NCBI GenBank assembly: GCA_051532035.1
Contig: JAOPTW010000056.1
Coordinates: forward strand, 20,613 to 84,612
Length of the DNA stretch: 64,000 nucleotides
Direction: 5' to 3'
From: Fibrobacterales bacterium
Lineage (GTDB): Bacteria > Fibrobacterota > Fibrobacteria > Fibrobacterales > JAOPTW01
Below the pieces are notes generated by a model. That model made no database searches, was not told where the DNA came from, and worked only from the letters and a program-made list of their open reading frames with translations. The position numbers and the translations under genes are program-made. Positions 18,709 through 28,359 of the stretch are shown piece after piece. Numbering within the stretch: position 1 is the stretch's first letter; each line of letters opens with the position of its first letter.

Positions 18709-20976
18709 CTATGGATGATACCTATAGTAGGTTGCAGATAAGGGAGGGAGGCATACATCAATACTCTGTCCAAAATGGCCTTTTCCTTCTGGAATACTTT
18801 GCTTTCCACCATCATTACCCATATTACTTCCGCCAAACATATCTGAATCAGAGTTGAAAATCTCTTCATAGTATCCTGGTTTTGGTACGCCAAATAGATA
18901 GGAATCTCTTGGAACAGGGGTAAAATTAAATATTGCAATGATCATATCATTTTGATCTCGACCCTTACGAGCAAATGCAACAATAGAATCGGCAGCATTA
19001 TCACACTCGAGCCATTCAAAACCTTCATAAGAATCTTCAACTTCCCACAGACAGTTTGAGCTGGTATATATGCCATTCAAATTTTTAATAACTGATTGCA
19101 TTTGAGAATGTTTGCCATCATCAATAATATGCCAATCGAGTCCTTGATCGGCATTCCACTCGTGATATTGCCCAAATTCAGAGCCCATAAAGAGGAGTTT
19201 TTTACCGGGATGTGCAAACATAAAGCCATAGGTAAGACGGAGGTTTGCAAATTTTTGCCAATCATCACCAGGCATTTTATTAATCATTGAACCTTTGCCA
19301 TGTACTACTTCGTCATGAGACAATACAAGCCAAAAGTTTTCGGTAAATGCATAGAGCATTGCAAACGTGAGTTCGTTTTGATGAAACTGTCTATGGATGG
19401 GCTCTTTCTCAATATAGTAGAGGAAATCATTCATCCAACCCATATTCCATTTGTAATGATAGCCTAAACCGTCATGCTCAGGGGGTTTGGTAATACTTGG
19501 ATATGACGTTGACTCTTCTGCAACCATAAGTGCATGAGGAGCCTCTTGACGTATAATGCTGTTGAGGTGTTTAGTAAAGTCAAGGGCCTCGATATTGATA
19601 TTATCACCATATTTATTGGGAACCCATTGACCATGTTCACGACCATAATCAAGGTACAACATTGAAGCAACCGCGTCAACACGAAGACCATCTATATGGA
19701 ACTCTTTGAGCCAGTAGAGCGCATTGGCAATAAGAAAGTTTGAAACTTCAGTACGGCCATAATTAAAAATATACGTTCCCCAGTCTGGGTGTTCACCCTG
19801 ACGAGCGTCAGCATGTTCATAGAGGGCAGAACCGTCAAATTTGCCAAGTGCGTGGGCATCTTTTGGAAAGTGAGCAGGTACCCAATCAAGAATAATACCA
19901 ATGTTGTTGGCGTGGCACGCATCAATAAATCTTTTGAGCTCTTCTGGGCTGCCATAGCGGGCTGTCGGTGAGTAATAACCGGTTACTTGATATCCCCATG
20001 ATTGATCGAGCGGATGCTCAGCAAGAGGCATCAGTTCAATATGAGTAAACCCATGGTCGCGCACGTAGGGAATGAGCTCATTTATAAAATCTTCATATTG
20101 ATAGAAGTCACCATTCTCTTTCTGTCTCCATGAAGCGAGGTGCACTTCATAGATACTCATAGGTTGATTAACAAAATCTGATTGTGTATGACGTGCAACC
20201 CAATCCTCGTCATTCCATTGGTAGGTACTTGGAGCAACAACAACAGAAGCTTGATTGGGTCTCATTTCACTAAATTTTGCGTATGGGTCAATTTTAACCA
20301 TCATTTCGCCAAAACAGCTCCGTATCTCGTACTTGTAAAGTTCCCCAGCAGAGAGTTCAGGAATAAAGAGCTCCCAAATGCCACTGTTTCTCATACGCAT
20401 TGGATTTCTACGGCCATCCCAGCTATTGTAATTACCCACAACTGATACTGATTGAGCGTTCGGTGCCCATACTGCAAAGAGAATCCCCGTTACACCTTGG
20501 TGGGTTACTTGGTTCGCTCCAAGAATATTATAAAGCTCATAGTGAGTTCCCTGACTAAAGAGATGCATATCAAATTCACTGATGAGTGGTGCATAACAGT
20601 AAGGGTCTTTTTGTCTGTAGCTGTCTGAGTCGGTCATGAAAATCTCTAACTCATAAGTGTAGAAATATTCATTGTAGGGGAGAGTTGCTTCGAAGAAACC
20701 TGAATCACCTAATTTGATAAAGTCAAAACTGGTATTGCTTTCAGTATTATGACCAATAACAAAATAGGCTGTAGGGTGCATTACCCGAATAACATTAAAT
20801 TTCCCTTCAGAGGTTTCTTTGACATGTTGACCTAAAATCGAGAAGGGGTCATGAATGTTTTTATTGTGAAATACATCAATCTCTTCTTGAGTGAGTGTGG
20901 TGTAGTCGTGCCATTTAGGCTTAAGAGGTGATACCCCTGGTATTAGTTCTGTAGATTCTGTCACAGTCGACTCCAT
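18709..20976 (-). CDS. glgB: 1,4-alpha-glucan branching enzyme (GH13)
   Basis: FAVWAPNA, YEVHL.SW, SWGYQ.TGY, DWVPAHF, DGLRVDAVASM, AEEST, LSHDEVVHGK. Confidence 0.97.
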   Translation of the reverse strand: MESTVTESTELIPGVSPLKPKWHDYTTLTQEEIDVFHNKNIHDPFSILGQHVKETSEGKFNVIRVMHPTAYFVIGHNTESNTSFDFIKLGDSGFFEATLPYNEYFYTYELEIFMTDSDSYRQKDPYCYAPLISEFDMHLFSQGTHYELYNILGANQVTHQGVTGILFAVWAPNAQSVSVVGNYNSWDGRRNPMRMRNSGIWELFIPELSAGELYKYEIRSCFGEMMVKIDPYAKFSEMRPNQASVVVAPSTYQWNDEDWVARHTQSDFVNQPMSIYEVHLASWRQKENGDFYQYEDFINELIPYVRDHGFTHIELMPLAEHPLDQSWGYQVTGYYSPTARYGSPEELKRFIDACHANNIGIILDWVPAHFPKDAHALGKFDGSALYEHADARQGEHPDWGTYIFNYGRTEVSNFLIANALYWLKEFHIDGLRVDAVASMLYLDYGREHGQWVPNKYGDNINIEALDFTKHLNSIIRQEAPHALMVAEESTSYPSITKPPEHDGLGYHYKWNMGWMNDFLYYIEKEPIHRQFHQNELTFAMLYAFTENFWLVLSHDEVVHGKGSMINKMPGDDWQKFANLRLTYGFMFAHPGKKLLFMGSEFGQYHEWNADQGLDWHIIDDGKHSQMQSVIKNLNGIYTSSNCLWEVEDSYEGFEWLECDNAADSIVAFARKGRDQNDMIIAIFNFTPVPRDSYLFGVPKPGYYEEIFNSDSDMFGGSNMGNDGGKQSIPEGKGHFGQSIDVCLPPLSATYYRYHP

Positions 20977-21096
20977 TATAGTACTCAGATAAAATTATAA
21001 AATCAAAATAATAAACTTTTTAGGGATTTTGGCTGGAATTTAACGGGTTTGTAAAATTAAAAGATACAGAAGAGGAAGAATTTTGATGGGTAAAAG

Positions 21097-21516
21097 TTAT
21101 TCACCCTGAAGGGTAATGACTAGAGCTCTGCTCCCGCCGTGATCGCGGTGCTCCCCTAGGTAAATCCCCTGCCATGTGCCGAGATTGAACTGTCCATTAG
21201 TGATAGGGATAGTAATACTTGCCCCCAGTGTACTCGATTTAAGGTGGGCGGGCATGTCATCGTCACCTTCATAGTCGTGTTGATAATAGGGCTGACGTTC
21301 AGGTATTGATCGATTAAAATGCAATTCAAAGTCAATTCGCACGGTAGGATCTGCATTTTCATTTATAGTGAGGGATGCAGAGGTGTGTTTAATAAGTATA
21401 TGAGCCAGGCCAATAGCAATATCAGTGAGTTCGGGGATAGCAGCTAACACATCATGAGTAATGAGGTGAAAACCGCGTGAGCGTTGATTGAGTTGAATCT
21501 CTTTTTGAACCCACAT
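21097..21516 (-). CDS. yjbQ: YjbQ/UPF0047 family protein
   Basis: HTSASLTINENADP.V..D, DDMPAH.KS, LGTWQGIYL.EHR. Confidence 0.92.
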   Translation of the reverse strand: MWVQKEIQLNQRSRGFHLITHDVLAAIPELTDIAIGLAHILIKHTSASLTINENADPTVRIDFELHFNRSIPERQPYYQHDYEGDDDMPAHLKSSTLGASITIPITNGQFNLGTWQGIYLGEHRDHGGSRALVITLQGE

Positions 21517-21520
21517 AGTA

Positions 21521-21784
21521 TTAAATGTTTTGAAGAATATCTTCGATTATTTGATTCAGATCCGTCTGATATTGATCGGCAAACCAGCGTACAGCTTGTG
21601 GTTTTTCTGCATGGGGTGTTTTTGAAAATTGAGTAAACTCGTGGGCATTCATACGTGCAGTGGCATAACGCATGGCTGCGCCAACATCATGGACTTTTTG
21701 TCCATTCTGTTCAACAAGCATGTTACCGAGTTCGATAAATTGATTTGCCATATCATGAAGAGTCAATGATTTTGAGTTACTCAT
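21521..21784 (-). CDS. Small conserved protein (DUF3144-like)
   Basis: A..FI.L.N.......V.AA.RYA.AR.NA pattern. Confidence 0.6.
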   Translation of the reverse strand: MSNSKSLTLHDMANQFIELGNMLVEQNGQKVHDVGAAMRYATARMNAHEFTQFSKTPHAEKPQAVRWFADQYQTDLNQIIEDILQNI

Positions 21785-21792
21785 AAGTGCCT

Positions 21793-22407
21793 TTATAGGT
21801 TGATGCAGATACTGAGGTATGCGCTCACTGAATAGACTGTTGCATGAATATTCGTGATTTTTATTTCCTCAGTGGCTTTGGTTTGATATTCAAAACGTTT
21901 GGCGCTCATATCAATACCAGTAGAGACTATGTCAAGCCATTTGGCTTCAAGTGAGAGGGAAGCAAAAAGGTTACCCCAGCCTCTATCGATAACATCGCCA
22001 TAGTTAAGGAGATGATTGTAGCCAACTTTTGCTCTAAGGATCGGCTTAACAAATGCTCGTTTTCGGCTCTCTCCATTGAGTGAGACATAGATAGGGATAA
22101 AGAGAGCATCCATGTTTATTGAGGGATCGAGGGTGAAAGGCGCTGATATCTGAAGCCCTGCCCCAAAATAGACAAATTGATTTACCGTAAATCGGTCGAG
22201 TGAATAAAAGACATAATGAATGTCAGTAAGATACGAAGGCTCTAATTGAGACTCAATTGATTGAGAAATGTTACCTGCCTGGTCTTCTTCGGCATTAAAT
22301 GGTGAATAGAAACTGTAGCCACCCGAGACAATTATCTGGTCAGCAAAGAGCTCTAGCGGTAAGAGTATTAGGGTAATTGCAATTACCCAGTAAATAGTAC
22401 GGATCAT
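21793..22407 (-). CDS. Hypothetical exported protein, probable outer-membrane beta-barrel
   Basis: Signal peptide, alternating aromatic/hydrophobic strands. Confidence 0.5.
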   Translation of the reverse strand: MIRTIYWVIAITLILLPLELFADQIIVSGGYSFYSPFNAEEDQAGNISQSIESQLEPSYLTDIHYVFYSLDRFTVNQFVYFGAGLQISAPFTLDPSINMDALFIPIYVSLNGESRKRAFVKPILRAKVGYNHLLNYGDVIDRGWGNLFASLSLEAKWLDIVSTGIDMSAKRFEYQTKATEEIKITNIHATVYSVSAYLSICINL

Positions 22408-22638
22408 AGTTAAGAGACTGTGTTAAAAAGTTGTTCAAATTATACATATTTGGTTGTTTATTATAAAGAGTGCTGTTCTATGTAAGGGATTATTTACCTA
22501 AGCACTCGGTTTTCTCACAAAAGAACACAGAGATCTCTGTCTTTGAAGTATTTTATTCATATCCAGATAAGTGATAAGTACAGTACTGTAATCTGGATTG
22601 CTTAACCCAAAAGTATTACGTATAGGGGTGTATATAGG

Positions 22639-25600
22639 GTGAATATCTACTGGTTGAGAGTAGTTGTAGTGTTGTTATTATGCACTAGTTCTGTGCAGGC
22701 TGATAAGTTTGCGGTTAAAACCTTTGCATGTAAAAATGGCGTAATGGCTCAGAGTGTGACAGGAGGGACTGTTTCCCCGGTACTCGATTCGGTAGATAGA
22801 GACTCATGGCTTCAATTGGAGGCGTTTCCTGATACTAGTGCCGGTTTTGTCTTTTCACATTGGCAAGCATTCGTTCCTCGGCATGCATCAATCACCAACT
22901 CTTTTACTAAGGTAACAGAAGTTACTGCACCATCTGCTCCAAGTATATCAATTTGTGCTCAATTTTATAATACCTATTCTCTTACTATCACAGCTTCTCC
23001 AGGTGGGCAGGTAAGTGATTCGTTGTTACATAATATAAAACATGGTACCGGAACAGCTATTTCGGCTCGAGCGGATCGTCGCTATAGGTTTTCCCATTGG
23101 ATAATTACGAGGGGTGGACCTGATGTTACATTATTAGATACCTTTACTACAGCGACTTCTGTTTTTGTTGAGGCTGATGCTGAGATTAATGCACATTTCA
23201 TGCCCCTGGTAAAACTTACGATTTTAGATAGTGCTGGAGAATTCATTGACTCACTCTTTGTCCCTCAAAATGTACCGACTCATATTACTCCCCCCTTTAA
23301 GCGAAATGACTTTAAAAATATTGCATGGACAACACAGTCGAGTACTATTGTCATTGATGGGGAACATTCATTTACTCCTTTAGTAACCGTTCAAAATGAC
23401 GGTGTGGTTAGGGTCGATTATAAGCTCAAAGAGATATATCCTATAACAGAACAACTGATAGCCTATTTGTGGAATACCCATGGAGTAGTAGAGGATAGCA
23501 CACACCCAGAGATGATGGCTCTCTCTATTGATGGAATAGGAAAACCACTAAGAATTAAAGCAAAGGGAGTAGCGGGGGATTCCTTAACACTTGTTTATTA
23601 TAAAAATAATAGATTATTTAATCACCCTTTTCAGGCTAGCGCAATAGGAGACTCGGTAGTAATTGAGATACCAACGGTTCAAATCGGTGAACGAGTATAT
23701 GCCGGGTTATATAGACCTCAGAAACAGTCTACTGGCGATTCAGTCATAGTTCAATATGATGTTGGCCACTCTGTAGTGATAAGTTCAGAGCAGGGAACAG
23801 TGTCACCAAGTAACACTATTACACTCTTTGATGGTGAGACGAAATCAATACATGCAATTCCTTTTTACGGGTATCTTTTTAACAAATGGGTAATAGACTC
23901 AACAACTACTCAAGTGAGTGGTTCAGTAATCAATGATTCAATTGAAATTTCGGTACTATCAGATGCACAAATACATACTGTGTATCAGGTTGATTCTGCA
24001 GTACAGCCACAGATAGACATAGAGAACATTAATAGCTATCACTTTCCAGAAATATGTTTTGATTTTTCTCTCACTGATTCAGTATCAGGTCAGGTTATAC
24101 CAAAAGTTGATAGGGATAGACTACTCCTTTGGCAAGAGCATGGGGATAGTAGTCAGATAGAGACAAGTCATGGCCGTATTGAAAATTTTACTGTCACACA
24201 AACAAGAGAAAAACGTACCGTTTTATTTGCCATAGATGAGAGCTACTCTATGGACCAATATATGTCACCACTCCAAGATGAGCTTCACTCCTATATTCTC
24301 CATATGGATAGTTTTAGTCAGGTGGGTATTCTTGGATTTGATGGTGAAATACGAGAGTATACCTCTATAACATCCGATACAGCACAGCTTAATAAAGCTG
24401 TGGCGCGTTTGCGTACTATCATTCACACCTCAACCAACACTATTGATGCTGTCTATAGAGCGATAGAATCTATTAAACATCATGTTGGTGAAAAAGCTAT
24501 TTATCTTGTTGCCGATGGAAGTGTCGGTGATAATTTTCATACGGTTAGTGATGTAACAGATTTGGCATTGCAGTATGATATTGCAATCTATAGTTTTTGG
24601 ATAGAAGATTCAACGACAACTATTTGGGAGAGAGCGGCACTTCTCACCGGTGGCTCAGTAATAAAAAATATACCGAGAGATTCACTTGTAGAGCAATTGA
24701 GTTTTGTAGAAAGCAGTTTATACGATGATTATCGACTCTGTTATTCTTCTCCGGATACTATTGCTAATGGAGATCGTTATCGCGTTTCACTCGAAACAGC
24801 ACTTTCGGTGAGTGGCCAAGAAGGTAAAGATACTACTGAGTGGATCGAAAATGATAAAACCCTCAAAATTACTCTTACCCCAGCAACCGATTCGCTGCTC
24901 ACTGTTTCTGTACCCATATGGCAGGAACTTCCTATTGGTGTATTGATATCGAGTAGTGAACCTATTGTTGCAGCGCAACTTTTTTATAGAACAACAGGAT
25001 CATTTTTTTATGATGTCGTTGATTTAGAACATCAATTAGGTGACCATTATTTGGGAACTATTCCGCATTACATTGCTCTGAAGCCTGGTGTTGAATTTTA
25101 TATAGCAGTCACCTCTGCTGATAACCAAAATATGTATGCTCCCTATACAAAACTTGGGTATCCTGTACAAAATCATCCATACTACATTGCAATCGAAAAT
25201 AGTGCACCAGAAGTGGTGCCCACCGCTAATACCTGTTATATACGGGGGGCAAAAGAATTTATTACAACGGGTATGGTTTTAGATCCAGAGGGGGTAACTG
25301 CTTTGGAAATCAGGTATCAGTTTGAACACTCTCCGCTATTGTTTAATGACGTTGTTACAGTGTACAGTGATGGGGGTTTTAACTACGCTATCCCTCTACA
25401 GGATTCACTTCCTGTAGAGTATCAATTTACAAGTAGGGATGGGTATGGTGCACAGGGGCATTTTCCATTTAATGGCTTTATCAGAAAGGAACTTTGTCTT
25501 ACTCTTCCAACACCAATAGCTACACTGATAAACCCAGAGCCAGGAAGTACACAGCATTTTAAGAATAGTGCACAGATTCTTTTTACACTCAATGGGTATT

Positions 25601-27297
25601 CAGTAGCTGATTCTATAGAGATACACTATAGAATTAATGGAGCTGATAATCTTTTTACTTCAACCTCAATTGTTTCACCCGGAGATATCATCCAGATCCA
25701 TGCTTCGGATACGCTTTATTTCTACAGCATGTCTCGCTCAAAACATTTTTCATCAAGTAATATAGACTCTTTGTCTGTAGTTAAGATACCGCAACTTACT
25801 CAGCCTACTATTGCAACAACTGCAATCTTTCAGAATGATACTATTCTATACAAAGAGTTTGCCTCTTTGCTCGTACAGTCTATTGATAGTACAGTGGACT
25901 CTGTAACTGTTTTTGCAGAATTACTCGATAGCACTCATCAATGGTCAAATATCCCTTTTGATACATTGGAGCTGAACAGATGGTTTAATAGTACCTCTAC
26001 AGGCATGGCACGGTTTTATACAAAGGCACCATTTGCTCTTCCAAGTGATACCATTAATCTGATGCTTTTTCAAATTCCAGATAGTATTATTGAACCTGTA
26101 GATATACCGGTTCAAAATGAGAGTTCCCAAAATGAGAGTTCTCAAGATGAGCTACAAACGAGTTCATTTGAAATACATGAAAGCTCAGAGAATGAGGTAG
26201 ACCTTGGTATTATTTCGTGGATTGTGGATAGAGATGGTGATGGTGTTGGTGAAACAGTGTATATCAGATCACGATATGGAATATCTCTCACTTCAGCAGT
26301 AAAGCCAATGATCCTTTTTTATCCCGAGAGTGATAGTGCTCGTATTGTGACTCCTTATACTATGGAAAAAGGGGGAGATGAAATCCGGTTAATACTGAGT
26401 ACAGGCCAGAGTGCACTCGTTTCTGAGAGTGTTATGCAGCAGAGCCGGCTCTATCTGCAGGTTCCTCAAGAATGGAGCCAATTAGCGGCGCCACACTCTA
26501 TCGTAATAGGGGATAGTGTCGCTCCGATTATCACAGGATTAGAAAGAGTTCCAGGGCAAGAGGGCCAGGGTGAAATTGATATACGTAAACGTCAGGACCA
26601 TTTTATATTCACCTTTTCAAAACCTATGGATATGCTCACTATAGACACCGAAATTTTTAATGAGTCATTTTATTTTAATGAAACCTGTAATTCACAACTG
26701 AATAGAGAGGATCGTAAGGCTGTAACGTATAGGAATATTATTCCAATAGACAGTAGCTATAGTCAATTTTATGTGCGATTTGATGACAAGGAAGAACCCC
26801 TTGTTGGAGGCTGTGTAGGAATTGATGGAACTCAGGCAATTCGGGACGTTTCGGGTAATGGTATTCCAAAGCAATTAATGAACGTAACGGGAATACAGCG
26901 TACCGGAGTGCTCGATATGGGGATATTCCCCGCTGTTCTTTCGTTGTCTGAGACATTTGATCAGCCAAGTGGATTATTTGAAGGTTTACCTATAGATTCA
27001 CTTGAGGCTGGTCGATTTGGCCTCACTCTTGCCTGTGACTCAAGCTTCAGCTCAGAGGTATTTATATATACGGTACAGGGGACCTTTGTCCATCATATGA
27101 GCTATCGTTACTCTAGAAATTTAATGAATTTCAATGACGTGAGGGGAGAATATGGTACGATGCACTATCTTTTTTGGGATGTGCGCGGGCAAGACGAGAG
27201 AAAGGTTGGAACGGGGGTTTATCTGTGGCGAGTCATAATTCGATACGAGAACGGCACAAGAGAGCGTTATATGCTGAAGTCTGGATTGATACGTTAG
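22639..27297 (+). CDS. Large secreted multidomain protein: InlB-B-like repeats, VWA domain, Ig-like domains, Fibrobacter-type C-terminal domain
   Basis: Signal peptide; repeated A.P..G(F/Y).F..W units; MIDAS D.S.S (AIDESYSM) plus VADG; DRDGDG and DSVAPII motifs; C-terminal IY...G.FV...WD.....RKVGTGVYLWRV. Confidence 0.7.
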   Translation: MNIYWLRVVVVLLLCTSSVQADKFAVKTFACKNGVMAQSVTGGTVSPVLDSVDRDSWLQLEAFPDTSAGFVFSHWQAFVPRHASITNSFTKVTEVTAPSAPSISICAQFYNTYSLTITASPGGQVSDSLLHNIKHGTGTAISARADRRYRFSHWIITRGGPDVTLLDTFTTATSVFVEADAEINAHFMPLVKLTILDSAGEFIDSLFVPQNVPTHITPPFKRNDFKNIAWTTQSSTIVIDGEHSFTPLVTVQNDGVVRVDYKLKEIYPITEQLIAYLWNTHGVVEDSTHPEMMALSIDGIGKPLRIKAKGVAGDSLTLVYYKNNRLFNHPFQASAIGDSVVIEIPTVQIGERVYAGLYRPQKQSTGDSVIVQYDVGHSVVISSEQGTVSPSNTITLFDGETKSIHAIPFYGYLFNKWVIDSTTTQVSGSVINDSIEISVLSDAQIHTVYQVDSAVQPQIDIENINSYHFPEICFDFSLTDSVSGQVIPKVDRDRLLLWQEHGDSSQIETSHGRIENFTVTQTREKRTVLFAIDESYSMDQYMSPLQDELHSYILHMDSFSQVGILGFDGEIREYTSITSDTAQLNKAVARLRTIIHTSTNTIDAVYRAIESIKHHVGEKAIYLVADGSVGDNFHTVSDVTDLALQYDIAIYSFWIEDSTTTIWERAALLTGGSVIKNIPRDSLVEQLSFVESSLYDDYRLCYSSPDTIANGDRYRVSLETALSVSGQEGKDTTEWIENDKTLKITLTPATDSLLTVSVPIWQELPIGVLISSSEPIVAAQLFYRTTGSFFYDVVDLEHQLGDHYLGTIPHYIALKPGVEFYIAVTSADNQNMYAPYTKLGYPVQNHPYYIAIENSAPEVVPTANTCYIRGAKEFITTGMVLDPEGVTALEIRYQFEHSPLLFNDVVTVYSDGGFNYAIPLQDSLPVEYQFTSRDGYGAQGHFPFNGFIRKELCLTLPTPIATLINPEPGSTQHFKNSAQILFTLNGYSVADSIEIHYRINGADNLFTSTSIVSPGDIIQIHASDTLYFYSMSRSKHFSSSNIDSLSVVKIPQLTQPTIATTAIFQNDTILYKEFASLLVQSIDSTVDSVTVFAELLDSTHQWSNIPFDTLELNRWFNSTSTGMARFYTKAPFALPSDTINLMLFQIPDSIIEPVDIPVQNESSQNESSQDELQTSSFEIHESSENEVDLGIISWIVDRDGDGVGETVYIRSRYGISLTSAVKPMILFYPESDSARIVTPYTMEKGGDEIRLILSTGQSALVSESVMQQSRLYLQVPQEWSQLAAPHSIVIGDSVAPIITGLERVPGQEGQGEIDIRKRQDHFIFTFSKPMDMLTIDTEIFNESFYFNETCNSQLNREDRKAVTYRNIIPIDSSYSQFYVRFDDKEEPLVGGCVGIDGTQAIRDVSGNGIPKQLMNVTGIQRTGVLDMGIFPAVLSLSETFDQPSGLFEGLPIDSLEAGRFGLTLACDSSFSSEVFIYTVQGTFVHHMSYRYSRNLMNFNDVRGEYGTMHYLFWDVRGQDERKVGTGVYLWRVIIRYENGTRERYMLKSGLIR

Positions 27298-27317
27298 TAG
27301 ATGATACCTTTGGATAT

Positions 27318-27351
27318 AAAAAAACGTCTTTTGAAGATTCAAAAGACGTTT
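27318..27351. terminator. Terminator between the large CDS and tRNA-Asp copy 1
   Basis: AAACGTCTTTTGA-agat-TCAAAAGACGTTT with flanking A tract. Confidence 0.8.
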
Positions 27352-27354
27352 AAG

Positions 27355-27428
27355 CGGAATGGACGAGACTTGAACTCGCAACCCCCTGCGTGACAGGCAG
27401 GTACTCTAACCAATTGAGCCACCACTCC
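27355..27428 (-). tRNA. tRNA-Asp(GTC), copy 1
   Basis: GGAGTGG/CCATTCC acceptor stem, CCTGC-CTGTCAC-GCAGG anticodon arm, GTTCAA T-loop; CCA not encoded. Confidence 0.96.
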
Positions 27429-27440
27429 GGTTCTGGGCAA

Positions 27441-27469
27441 TATATAGTTTCCTAGAAAGTTGATGTCAA
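27441..27469 (-). promoter_or_regulatory. Sigma70-type promoter of tRNA-Asp copy 1
   Basis: TTGACA-N17-TATATA on the minus strand just upstream of the tRNA. Confidence 0.7.
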
Positions 27470-27788
27470 GGAACTTTTTAGGAAACTATTGTTTTAGTTC
27501 GAAATCTATAAGCATGACTGAAGCTGCTTATAGAAAATAAGAACGTTCAGAATTCAGAATGTAAAAATCCTTCAGCTGAGGCTTTCCTAATCAACAACCT
27601 GCAGAAGGCCCCCTTTGTGTATTGAGGCAAGCAAAACTTATAACTGTGAGCATTCTCAGAGAATAATGTTTGATAAGGATTAAAAGAAACGGTACACTGC
27701 ATTTATAGTGAAAATAGAATAGCTCTGTTTGAAGAGGAAATAACAACAGAAGTTACTTGTGAATAAAAATTAAGAAAGGGGAGAACAT

Positions 27789-27823
27789 AAAAAAAGACCT
27801 CTTAGTTTCCTAAGAGGTCTTTT
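27789..27823 (-). terminator. Terminator after tRNA-Val/tRNA-Asp copy 2
   Basis: AAAAGACCTCTTAG-tttc-CTAAGAGGTCTTTT. Confidence 0.85.
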
Positions 27824-27826
27824 AAG

Positions 27827-27900
27827 CGGAATGGACGAGACTTGAACTCGCAACCCCCTGCGTGACAGGCAGGTACTCTAACCAATTGAGCCACCACTCC
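27827..27900 (-). tRNA. tRNA-Asp(GTC), copy 2
   Basis: Identical 74-nt sequence to 27355-27428. Confidence 0.96.
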
Positions 27901-27905
27901 TAAAA

Positions 27906-27980
27906 TGGGCGACACAAGATTTGAACTTGTGACCCTCTGCTTGTAAGGCAGATGCTCTAGACCAGCTGAGCTAGTCGCCC
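27906..27980 (-). tRNA. tRNA-Val(TAC)
   Basis: GGGCGAC/GTCGCCC acceptor stem, TCTGC-CTTACAA-GCAGA anticodon arm, GTTCAAAT T-loop; CCA not encoded. Confidence 0.96.
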
Positions 27981-28204
27981 TTTTTATCGCTCTTTGCAAT
28001 AATCGCCCAAGGGATGATTACTACATAAGCAATGGTAAGTAAAATAGGTGCATATGTAATTGATAGCGGGCTATCATACACTGGACCGATCTTTGGATCT
28101 TGACCCTGTGCAAGTAGAATAAATCCTACTAAAACAGTTGCAACTCCTAGACCAAGTAGAACAAAATTTTTCTTTGTGAAAAGTTTGTCTCCCTGTTGTG
28201 TCAT
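27971..28204 (-). CDS. Small two-TM membrane protein (DUF3098-like)
   Basis: FTKKNF.LL..G......GF.L......S..IT.AP.LL...Y; AAGGAG upstream. Confidence 0.75.
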   Translation of the reverse strand: MTQQGDKLFTKKNFVLLGLGVATVLVGFILLAQGQDPKIGPVYDSPLSITYAPILLTIAYVVIIPWAIIAKSDKKGD

Positions 28205-28359
28205 CGGGTTGTGCTCCTTGTTTTAACGAGGCTAAAGATACATATTATAGAATTAGAGTTCAAGGGAAAAAGGTAAAAAAGTTAAAAAAAAGTTATAAAG
28301 TTTTAAGTTATTTGAAGGGCTGCTGAGACGCTCGCTCTAACCCCTTTTAAATAAAGGAG

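Noticed and set aside
21097..27428. Genomic island integrated at tRNA-Asp
   Set aside because: No integrase or transposase and no partial att repeat found; both tRNA copies are full length
27802..27999. 65-aa ORF
   Set aside because: Runs through tRNA-Val and tRNA-Asp; spurious
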